Assembly (NCBI GenBank): GCA_964106915.2 | Contig: OZ066929.1 | Source: Podarcis gaigeae | Lineage: Eukaryota | Length of the DNA: 64,000 nucleotides | Direction: 5' to 3' (one strand) | Shown here: positions 1-12,000 of the stretch, in pieces | How the letters are laid out: every line of letters begins with the position of its first letter | How positions within the stretch are numbered: position 1 is the stretch's first letter | Position numbers and translations under genes: made by a program | Notes under the pieces: model-generated | The model's database searches: none | Told to the model about the DNA's origin: nothing | The model's input: only the letters and a program-made list of their open reading frames with translations

Positions 1-3000
1 GTCAAGAGAGTGATTCTTCAGAGACCTCCGTGCGAGGGCCACGCATAAAGCATGTTTGCAGAAGGGCAGCTGTAGCACTAGGCCGCAAGCGAGCTGTCTT
101 TCCAGATGACATGCCCACTCTGAGTGCCTTACCATGGGAAGAACGAGAGAAGATACTGTCTTCCATGGGGAACGATGGTAAGTGTCTGAATTTATGCTGA
201 AGGGTGCTGTTTTCTCCAAGGGTGCATCAGTGGTAGGGGAAGGTATGTGAGGCTGTAGGATGAAGGAGTTGTGTTTCTAGGAAATCTGGATGGGCCCCGC
301 TGTGAAGCTGTTCTGAGAAACCAGCGATGGCCAGCAAAGTTGAGGACTCACTTCTCCTTTATTGATTGCTGAATTAATAGCTGGTCTTTCATTTCACAGA
401 CAAGTCCTCAGTTGCAGGTTCAGAAGATGCCGAGCCCCTTGCACCTCCCATCAAACCTATCAAGCCAGTTACCAGAAACAAGGCCCCCCAGGAGCCCCCT
501 GTGAAGAAAGGCAGGCGGTCAAGGCGCTGTGGGCAGTGCCCAGGCTGCCAGGTCCCAGAGGACTGTGGTGTCTGCACAAATTGCCTGGATAAGCCAAAGT
601 TTGGTGGGCGGAACATCAAGAAGCAGTGCTGCAAGTAAGTGTGTGGGTATGAAGCCTGCCCCTGCCCTCCCGTTGTTCTGGGAATAAGGCCCTCCTTTGT
701 TGGTTTGTGGTGCTTCTACCCTGTCTTCCTATAAAAGATTTAGCCAGAGGAAGATCCTTTCACTTGCATCAAAGAAGAGCTAAGGAGCAGAAGACTAGTG
801 ACTTTGTCATCCTCTGAGCTTGGCTGCTGCCTTTCCTTCCTCTTGGAGTTCAAAGTGGCAGTTGGGGGCTCTCAAGAGAGGGGCAGGGAAATGGACAGGG
901 TTGGGTGGGACAGTGGAGAGATCTACCTCCTCTTTTCTTCAGCCTTTTTAGGTTTTGAGTTTACCCTGCTGTGTAGTCTGCTGAACGTGAAAACAAAAGT
1001 GTAGTGTGAAGAGTTGATCCCTTGGCTGAATATGTGCCACAGCATGCTTCCTCTGAGCAGCCTTCTCACAGTGGCTTGGCCAAACCTCAGAAAAAGTTTC
1101 AGATCTTAAACAAAGAGGGAGAACAGTTAATCTTCTTCGCATCTTGAAAGTAAGGCTTTTTGAAGATGCTTCAAAACTAGTTGCTTTCCGGCATAGCAGA
1201 AAGGCTGACATAGCAGAGCTGGTGCTGCTGGGGCGATCTTTCTCATCCTTTTAGCCAGATTGGTCTGCCATTGATCTCGAACTTTGGCATGGCTCCAAAG
1301 CAGATATCTTTCCACTTGAGATGCAGCAGCCTGCAACATGCCTGGGAATCCAAAGGCTTGTTTGTGTCGGGTGATGCATCTTGCCATCTCCTTCCTTTAT
1401 TCCCCCCTAGGATGAGGAAGTGTCAGAATTTGCAGTGGATGCCATCAAAAGCCTATCTCCAGAAGCAAGCCAAAGGTAGGTGCCTTTTTTTCATTATTTC
1501 TATTGCAATGGGGAGAGAAAGGCATAGTTAACAGCTGTAGAGTCTTTGCTTCAGCTTCAGCCGCAGCTCCATCTAGGCAGTGAGGCCGTGGGCAGGCTGG
1601 CGTATACTCCTCAGGCACCACCCTCCCCTCTGGCCATCCGTCACTTGGGGAGGCCAGTGCCGATAGGTCATTGCATCTGAGGTGCTGCTTTTTCTTTACA
1701 GCTGTGAAAAAGAAAGAGAAGAAATCCAAGTCCAGTGAAAAGAAAGAGATCCATGCTGGGAAGAGCCAGCCAGAGGCTGGACAGAAAGCAGCTGCTCCTC
1801 AGCTCACCTTGGCGAAAGAGGATCATGCCTCCAAAAGGAGCAGTGAACCTGCCCGGAAGCCCAGTGAGGAGAAGAGTGAGGAGGGCCCACCACCACTGAC
1901 TCCGCCTCCCCCAGACACCAAGCAGGCCCCTCCCCCTGCAGCCCGGAAGGCTGGCAAGCAGCAGGCACCGCCCCCCACGCAGGTGCCCCCCACCCCACCG
2001 CCTAATACAGGCCCACCAAAAAAGGAAGCCCCCAAAACCATCCCTGCTGAGCCCAAGAAGAAGGCAGCTCCACCACCAGAAGTGGGTAGGTATTCAATTG
2101 CAGCAAAGGTAGTTGTTAGCTGCCTCTGCAAAGTCTAGCAGCCCACCTCTGGACTTCATGGAAGAGATGTGAACACATCTGCTGTACTAATTGGGCTCTT
2201 AAGTGGGTCAGGAAAGAGCAGCCTTGGACACAGCTGGGCAGGTTAGCAAGTGTGTGGCGAGCTGCAGGAAATCCTATAGTGCCCACTCCTCCCTAACAAA
2301 TTGGAATTGCTAGTTCACTGTGTTTTGTTTTCAGCTTTCCACAACAGTGTCTTAAGAGGTTGCTGTTGTCTCCTTAAGTCCCCAAATTCTGTTTGACTGC
2401 TAGAAGCAACTCTTGGCTTTAACAAACTGCATTTGTACTTTTCCTAGGGATCGAGCAAAGCAGACAGAAGAAAATAACTCCTCGTCCAAGCTTACCAGTG
2501 AAACAGAAGCCAAAAGAAAAGGTAACCTGCAAGTTGCTCTATGTCTCCAGTGAACAGAAAGAGCTTTTTTCATAGGGATTTTTTCACTGGATTGAGTTTG
2601 CTTTCAAAACAAGACTGACCAGTTCAAAATTTCAGATTTTGCTTTCCAGTTTCTAAAACCCCTGTTGCTCTTTGCTTTACAAAATGTGTAAGAAGAGAGT
2701 CCTCCTTAGATTCCAGCCCATAACTAACTGCATATATATTGAATGTTGGTTTTCCTTCTGCTGCTTGAGCAAAGAAAATGCCGTTTTTTTGCCCTCTTTC
2801 ACCAGGAGAGACCACCCCCAGTCAGCAAGCCAGATAATGGTACCCTCAACCTGTTGAGCACTTTATCAAATGGGAACAGCTCCAAACAGAAACCCCTCAT
2901 AGATGGAGTCCACAGGATCCGAGTAGACTTCAAGGTAACAGGGTGGTTTGGGGAGGTGCCCCTGCCTTTCTCCGCCAGAAACCTGGCCTTGGGGGTTTGT

Positions 3001-6000
3001 AGGATGTGGCGACATCTCTTCCTTGAAACTCCCATCTTTCTACAAAGAGCTGTTCTGGTGAAAGTTGTTTAGTTTTCTGTAGAGCCTGTTGCTTCTTAAG
3101 ATAGCACACAGGAGGATGAGAAAGAGTGATGAATACAAAAGGGAATACCAGCAGTTTCCGTAAACCGAGGCAGCCTCCTGAGGCTCTTAATGCCCTAGGA
3201 GAGTCTTTATTGTTAGCAACAGCATTAGTTAGGCAGTACATCGGCATGCATATACTGCTGCCACGTGCCCTTTAGAAGATGTCTAGGTATGTATCACTGG
3301 TGTGGAGAGAACCGAGGTTAAGTAACTCCATCCAGCACATTCCTTTGTATGTAACAAAAGCTTTGGCAAACAAAACATTTTCATAGTGATATGTACAAGA
3401 TCTTCGTGCTTTGCTCCAGTTCTTGTCATTTCCACCACCCCTGGGCCTGGTGTAAGGATAATTCCCTTTCCATGTTCTTCCTTTTGTGTTTTTTAGGAGG
3501 ACTGTGAGGCTGAGAACGTTTGGGAAATGGGCGGTTTGGGTATCCTGACCTCTGTCCCGATAACTCCCAGGGTGGTCTGCTTCCTCTGTGCCAGCAGTGG
3601 GCATGTGGAGGTAAGGGTGAGGTCCCACAGGGACAGTCCACACCAAGCTGTTTGGTGTGTGTGTGTGATATTATTTCAGCTATCTAAAACTAAAGTAAAT
3701 CTGAAGCTGGAATTGAATCCTGATAAAGGCCATCAGTTAGAGCTGCAGCTTCAACTACCATTTGAAATGCTGCTTTACCTGCCTCTCAAAGCAGGAGGTG
3801 TGGTATCAGATAAGCACTTATGTCTCTAGGCACCAGTTGACCTTTTGTAGCTTCACTAATACATGCTGCTCTTGCAGAGGGGCTCTGGAGATAAAACAGC
3901 CCACAGACAAATGGTGCAGATCTTGGTGGTGGAAGAGGGCTCTCGAAGCCTCTTTGAAGCAACTGTTATGTGAAACTGGGGGCCAAACCATGAGGGTGGG
4001 GTGACCAAAGACTTTCTCCTCCCTCTCCCTCTGGAACCAGCCATCTGGGGCAAGCTGGTGGGCAAATGGTTGAAGTGCACAACTGCTGCAGGATGCGGCT
4101 GACCTGCTGACTTGCCCCTTCTCTTGTAGTTTGTGTATTGCCAGGTGTGCTGTGAGCCTTTCCACAAGTTCTGTTTGGAGGACAGTGAGCGCCCCCTGGA
4201 GGACCAGTTGGAAAACTGGTGCTGTCGTCGCTGCAAGTTCTGCCATGTGTGTGGGAGGCAGCATCAGGCCACCAAGGTAGTCGGAGTCCCTTGATGAGCT
4301 TGCCTGTCTCCTTTTGTCCCTCTGGAATGTGGGGTTTGTGGCATCGCAAGGGATGGCCGCCGGGGATGCTCAGTTTCCCCAACACAGCTTCCTTATGTTG
4401 AACTAGGAGTCATCAAATGTCTAAAGCAGAGCTTTCCAAACTTTTCATGTTGGTGACACACTTTTTAGACATACATCATTTTGCAGCATAGTAATTCAGT
4501 TTTACTAGCAAACTGGAGGCTAAACTATCCCCTTTCCAGCCCCGGGAAAAGCATGGGGAGTGTTCGTACAACACACCTACACACTGCAGCTGACACACTA
4601 ATGTGTCATGATACACAGTTTGGAAAGCTCTGGTCTAAAGCAACTACTGGAGCGTCTAGGCTTGACTTGCTGCTGTTTTCCATGTTTCCATAGCAGTTGC
4701 TGGAGTGTAACAAGTGCCGAAACAGCTATCACCCAGAGTGCCTGGGACCAAATTACCCAACAAAACCTACGAAGAAAAAGAAGGTTTGGGTGAGTTCTGT
4801 TGCATCGTGGGGACACTTGTAAGGCAGGGATACCTTCCCCTCTTATTATAATCAGACTGCCAGGGGTCTTAGCCTGATGTTGAAAGTGGTCCATTGTTTA
4901 CAAGGATATGCAATAAAATTGGTCTGAATCATAAACTGCTGGATATGGCAACCCCATCAACTGGCCATTGCAAAAGAGGCAGGCTGAGGCATGGTTTTCT
5001 GTTCCATGGCTCACCTGTAGAGGGAAGCATCTTTGGTGCCTGCTATGACTGAATCCTATGATCCCAGAGAGAGGCTGTGCAGCCCTTTATTCCTTGTCTG
5101 TCTTTCCAGATCTGCACGAAATGTGTCCGCTGCAAGAGCTGTGGAGCGACAACGCCAGGCAAAGGGTGGGATGCCCAATGGTCTCACGACTTCTCTCTGT
5201 GTCACGATTGTGCCAAACTCTTCGCTAAAGGTGTGGAGAGACTGAGTGCATGATAGGTCTGGTCTGCTGCGGAAGTATGCTGTATCATGCTGAATGGCCT
5301 AGGAAATGCTGGCAGCTGCAGTTCCATGTGCAGATGCAACCCTTGCTTTGCTAAATTCCAGTACTTCCTCTAGGGAAGCAGGGGACGGCAGCAGGGAGCA
5401 CCTTCACACTGAAAGGGGGCAAGTATAGTACTTGCTGCTGGCTGTTAACAGTGGCAGTGACTGATAGCCATTCTTGCCCTTTGCGTGGAGTCCCCTGACC
5501 ACTAGCCAGCCCTGAGTGTTTGGCTTTGTATACTGATGGTGGGAAATCTGGACCGCCTCTCTGTTTTGCTTGTAGGGAACTTCTGCCCCGTCTGTGACAA
5601 ATGCTACGATGACGATGACTATGAGAGCAAAATGATGCAGTGTGGGAAATGTGATCGCTGGGTCCACTCCAAGTGTGAAAACCTCACAGGTGAGGACTGC
5701 TTCCAACCCTGCATATATGGAGGAGTAGGATGAACATTTACAACCAGGAACCTTGTTCCTTTTTGCAATTTCATCTTGGTCAAAGGGGTGGGTTTCTTCT
5801 TCTTAGACTAGGGTGCAGAAGCCAAGGAGCTGAATATCCTGAGCTAATCGTGCTTAGCTGTGGACTTTGGAGCTCAGCTTTGCAGGCAGCAGTTGTGCTG
5901 TGGGTTCCTGAGAGTGTGCAGAGAGACACTCTTCCCAAGACAGGCATTGGAATCCCTAGAGCTGAGCCCCTTTGCACGATGTAACCTCCTACCATGCTGC

Positions 6001-9000
6001 CAGATCCCCCACAGATCTGACACTTTTAGCCTCCCGAGGCTTGCCCTCTGCCCCTAATGCTTGCCCTGTCTCCCTTCAGATGAGATGTACGAGATCCTCT
6101 CCAACCTGCCGGAGAGTGTGGCTTACACCTGCATTAACTGCACAGAACAACCTCCTGCTGAATGGCGGCTAGCACTGGAGAAAGAGCTGCAGCTTTCTTT
6201 GAAGCAGGTTCTAACAGCCCTATTAAATTCCAGGACATCCAGCCATTTGCTGCGTTATAGACAGGTGGGCCTCCTTCTATGAACCATACAAATGTACCTG
6301 AATTCTGGCTGTTCAGAGTGGTGCTGTTGGACTTGAAAGCACAATATTCTTCCTAGTGTTTCTAGAAGAAAAGCAGCATTAGAAATGCAGTGGCAGGTGT
6401 GTGGGGGAGGGGGTGGGGAGAGGGAGAGAGGGTGACAAGCCAAAGGTTCCAACAAAATGTTTGATATTCTGTCTTGCAATGGATATCACAGAGGAACCCA
6501 TAACATGAGCAGAACCCATATGGCAATGGCTACCACTCTGCCTTGCTAATTGCCAGCATGTGTGAGAGAGTATGTTCCAGGCAGGAGGGGGTCCATAGGA
6601 ACAACTGTATCTGCCTAACCTGAGCCAGGTCATTGGTCAAGCTTGCACAGCACTGGCTGCCCTTCTCTGTGGCCTCACTTGTGGCCCTTGCTCCATATCA
6701 ACCAGGAAGGGCCCTCCGTAAGTACCATTCACCGTGGACCTCTCCTCGTGTTTATTCCTTAAAGCATTTTTGCCTAGAGTTTTACATGCATGATGTGAAG
6801 AATTACTACCTTGCCTGTGTCTTGACTGCTAACTGTCATTTTGGGCCTTGAAAAGAAATACTTCCCCCTTTCGTGCTTTCTGCACCACTCAAGGTTGTAT
6901 AAACTTCCATCACGCCCCTTCTGCTGTGTTTGTTTCCCCTAGGCCTTTTTTCCAACCGAGGAGACTATAGCCAGAAAAGGCCTGCAGGGCAGCTCTGCCT
7001 CCAAGGGCTTTAGAATTCATGCATTAGATGTGGATGTCTGTGTCTAGAGCTCTATTATATTATGTATTATATATTATATTATAGAGCTCTATGTGGATGT
7101 CTGTGTCTAGAGCTAAAGTATTACCAAGGTATAGGCATTTCCCCTGCAGATGCTCCCACCTATGGTGTGAATGTGAGGGCCAAACTTGGTGACCTGGGAT
7201 GCAGTGCAGCCCCTTCCAAGACATGTTGCCCCCTCCCACAATTCAGACATGAAGGGGGCTTGTCTCCTCCAATCCTCTGTTATGCTGTACTTTTCTGCAC
7301 CTCCTTTCAGTCAACTAGATCCTTGTGTTCAGGTAGTGCTTGCAGGCTTCCCAAAGGCATCTGGTTGGCCACCATCAGAACAGAATGTTGGACTAGATGG
7401 GACTATTGGCCTGATCCTGCAGGCTCTTTTGCTCTTAACCTCTATCCACAGACCTACTAATGAAATGCTTTGTGCTGGGCTCAAAAATTGTTGTACTCTC
7501 TTCCTGTTGTGTCTCCAGGCGGCCAAACCCCCTGACTTAAATCCTGAGACGGAAGAGAGCGTCCCATCCCGAAGTTCCCCAGAAGGCCCAGACCCTCCTG
7601 TGCTCACTGAAGTCAGCAAGCAAGAAGAACAGCAGCTGCTGGACCTGGAAGGAGTGAAAAGAAAAATGGAGCAAGGAGGCTACATTTCTGTGGTGCGTTA
7701 ATGATTAAGTCAGCTTTCCCTTCTTGCTTTCATCATAGCTTCCATGAGGAGAGGGAAATGATGGGATATACAAATCAGTTTGCTGTTGTGCACTGCATTG
7801 AGGTGGTCCTAAAATGCTACATTTTTGCTATAAATTCCCCCCTTGTGCCTTGAAGGTGCATGGATGTTTTGGCCACGCTACAGTGTTTTATGTTGGCCAT
7901 GCTGCTCTTCTGAAACATAGGCAGGGAATAAAAAGGAGTTCAAAAACTGAAAAGGAAAAGATGAACTACTGCCACTTGATGTTCAGCACCCATGGGTGGG
8001 GAAGAGGGGTGGATAAAGTATATCACAGAAAAGGATAGGAAGCTGATTTCTGTGTGTGTCCATCTTGCAGCTGGAGTTTAGTGATGATATTGTAAAGATA
8101 ATCCAAGCAGCCATTAATGCTGATGGAGGGCAGCCAGAACTTAAGAAGGCCAACAGCATGGTGAAGTCCTTCTTCATTCGGGTAAGCCAAGCTGCATCTT
8201 ATTTTCAATAAATTGGCAACTGGTGCACTGAAGTTGCATCTTTAATACTCCCCAAGGAGCCCATATTTCTGTTCAAGCTACTGTGTGACTGTCTGTGAAA
8301 CAAATTAGGATCTTGTCTGGGTAGACGTTTAAGTTCATTATAAATCATTCCTGACTGTAAATTTGCGGAGATCTTGGACAGTAGACTTCTTCAAGTGTTT
8401 AGTGTTGAGTCCTGTAAAGCATTTCTAATACATTTGTGGGTGTTTTGTTTGTTTTTAAGCAAATGGAACGCGTTTTTCCATGGTTCAGTGTAAAGAAATC
8501 AAGATTTTGGGAACCTAATAAAGTTACAACCAAGTAAGTAACTTGTTCCACTTCCAGCACTCACTTGCTGCAATTGACCTGCCTGTTTCAGCCAAAGGTG
8601 GTGCCAGCGCTCTTGCCCCTTGGAAAGAAGATCAGAATTGAATTTCCAGATGGGCCTCTCCTGCTTCTCAAAGCAACTGGCTGCAATTAGTTCCTGATCT
8701 AGAAAGTAGAAGTGGGTTGTGGTCCTTCTTGTACCAATCTGTGTCTTAGTCCTGCCCCTTGCCCTGCAGAGACGGCTTTGCAGTGAATGAGGGAGCTTTA
8801 CCTGCCTAAGGGCTATAGTTGGGGCCTCCTAGGTGCAACCAAGTCTGATGCTACCTTTTGTTCATTTCTAGCAGTGGGATGCTGCCTAATGCTGTCTTGC
8901 CGCCATCACTCGACCATAACTACGCACAGTGGCAGGAGCGTGAAGAAAACAGTTGTGCTCAACAACCTCCTCTTATGAAGAAAATCATTCCAGCACCAAA

Positions 9001-12000
9001 ACCCAAAGGTCCTGGAGAGCCAGACTCCCCAACTCCACTGCATCCTTCTACACCACCTATATCCAGTGAGAAACTGAGCCTTTTTGTCTGGGGGAAGTGC
9101 TAGGGAATGAGGGTGACATTGGGGGAGGCAGGCTTTAGACCCTGGGGAAAGTCTGGGCCCGCCAGAGTCGGGTACAGAGAGGCTCTTTGCCTTACCCACC
9201 ATCTGCCAGGACTTCAAAGTCTGAACCAAGCCTCTTTCTCTGCCTCCCCCTTACATCTGCATGGTTGGTTAAATTGTGTTTTGTTTTAAAGTGAAGTAAA
9301 ACCTTTTCAATTCAAGCGAGCAGCTAAAACTGTTTGCTGCTCTGGGCATTTGCAAGCTACTTTATTCTCCAGTAATCAGTTCCCAGCCCACATTTTCTTC
9401 CAAGCAGTGTTTCTCAGGAGTGATCAGTCCTTTCTCTCTCTCTTTCTCTTTCTCTTTCTCTCTCTGTTCTGAGGTTCTGACAGAAGCTTGGAGGACAGCC
9501 CAGAACTTACCCCTCCTCCAGATGTGGAGGATAACCGACAGTGTGCACTTTGCTTGAAGTATGGCGATGATGGTGGGAATGTAAGTGGCTCTGTCAAGAA
9601 TGTGTGTTGTGAGCTGTAGAGGCTTTGCCTTCTGGTTCTAGTTAAGATTGAAAGGCAGGCTTGATCCTTGTTGCACACTCAGTCTAGCTGAGCCAGACTA
9701 ATATTACCTTTCTTAAAAAAGCAAAAGCAGGTAACTATCTTAGTGAATTGTGGAAATGCTGCGGGCATAATTTAGCTGATAGCAGCAAAGCATTTTACAA
9801 AGCTCCTTGTGATATTTTGATTAGCAAACTCTGTAAATGGGGACAGGTGATAATATCAGGTGGTTTCACAGCTGGTTAGAAAAGTGCCCTGTCAAGAGAC
9901 ACTTTTCAGTGGTTCCTCATGAAACTGGAGGGATGTTTTGAGTGGAGTGCTGCAGGCTTCTGTTCTGGGCCTGGCATTCTTCCAACAATCAATGACTTTT
10001 GGTGGGAACTGGAAATCTGATAAGGATTTAAATCTTGGATGAGGGCATAGAGGGAATCCTTACCAGAGTTCCAAATGGCACTGAACTTTGAGGGACAGCT
10101 AGGACCCCAGAAGACAGAAGGGAAAATATGCAGAACCCAACAAAAAGAAATTCAGTAGGGACAAATGCAAAGTTCTGAACAAGTGTGGGAGGAATCAGAT
10201 GCACAAGGATAGAATGGGCAATACGTGGCCCGGCAGAAGGATATGTGAAAAGTATCTCAGGACTGTAGCTTATCACAAGCAGAACACAAGTCAGGGGTGT
10301 GATGTGGCTGCAGTGAGATCTTAGTCCACATTAACAGAGCCATCATTACGTCACAAGAAGGAATAACTGACTTTATTCTGCAGTAGTCAGACCTCATCTG
10401 GAGTACTATGTTCATTTCTAGCACCACATATTAAGGAGAATGTAGACAAATTGGGATGGGATCAGAGGAAGATAGTAAAGATGGTCAGAAGTATGGAAGA
10501 CAAGTCCATAACTGGAACCAGTTATGCTTAGCTGAGCGAAGAGAAGACTGGGGTGGAACCTAATAGCACTCTACAAATCCTTGAAAGGGCTGTGTCACAT
10601 GCAGGAGTTTGCAAAGGCTTGTTCTCCATGACTCCAAGGGTCAAAGGGTTATATCTCTTAGACTTAAGTTACAGGAGGGTAGATTTGGATTGAACAATAG
10701 AGGAAATTTCTTGACAGTAAGAGCAGCTGGACAATGGAGGGGTGGTGAAATACTCCCCCTCTAGAGGTCTTTGAGCAGAGGCTGGAGAGCCCTCTGTCTG
10801 CTGGGGATGCAAAGGGTGGTATAAAAATTAATAAATCATAATAACCTAGCACTGGGTGTTCTGTTCTGAGCAGAGGGTTGGACTAGACAGCTGCAAAGAC
10901 CCTTTAAACGGTCTGATTCCATGAGCCACCTTTATGTTTGCCAGCTTTTATTTCACTGTGGCTGCTGCAACATGTGCCCAGCAGTTGTGGGGTGGGGAGT
11001 GCACTTGACTGATTTCTGAGTGTATCTGGTGGCCTTCTGTTTCTTGCAGGATGCTGGCCGTCTCCTCTACATCGGCCAGAATGAGTGGACCCATGTGAAC
11101 TGTGCCCTGTGGTCAGCTGAAGTTTTTGAAGATGACGATGGCTCCCTGAAGAATGTGCACGTGGCAGTGATCAGAGGGAAACAGCTGGTGAGTAGGAACA
11201 GGTTGGGCTCAGGAGTCTGTCCAGGAATGAGGATTTACATTTCAAAAGCAACTAAAATGTTGCTCTTCTGCTGTTACAACAGCAAAGAATAATACTGGAA
11301 AGCCCACAGCATGTCTCCATGGAGAGACAGCTCAGGTTTGATGTTAATGGCCCAACTTTAAAAAGAGCAAAAGCCTCACATGATTCTCCACAGTAGAAGT
11401 AATGGGCTTCAAAGGATGTTGTATCTGAAAAAGACAGAGATCCTTGAATTCAGCTTCCAGCAGTACCAGACTGCAAAGAATCAAAAGCACTGGTTACTTG
11501 GACATTCACAAGCAGCTCTATTATAGTAGCATGTGAACCAGATCATCACCTGGCTTCTGCAGCAGACAGATGTGAGCAAGTGCCCGCGTCTCCTTGTAAT
11601 GATTAGGAAGGAGTGTCTTCTGTGGACTCTCAGTGGCCTGAAGTGTAGGAAGTCACAATCACAGGTGGCAGCTTGGGCTGCTGTCCTGCAACTGCCAGCA
11701 GTTGCAGCTAGTGGCTGTGGCAGCTTTTTCGTGTTCTTAATCACTGATCCATTTTGCATGCTCAGAAATTGCTTTAAACTGTTAAAAAAAACATTTCTTC
11801 TGAATTGAAATTAAATTGGGAAGTCCAGACAATGTGTGAGTTTGTAAATGAACAACAATGAAAAAAGGCTGCACTCAGATTACTAACAGGTTGTTTTGGA
11901 CAAGATGAATTGTGTTTGCTAAATGAGTGGTGGAACAGCAGCACTTCTATTTGCTTTCTCTTTGTTTGTTGGCAACCTGATATGCATGTCATAGATAATC

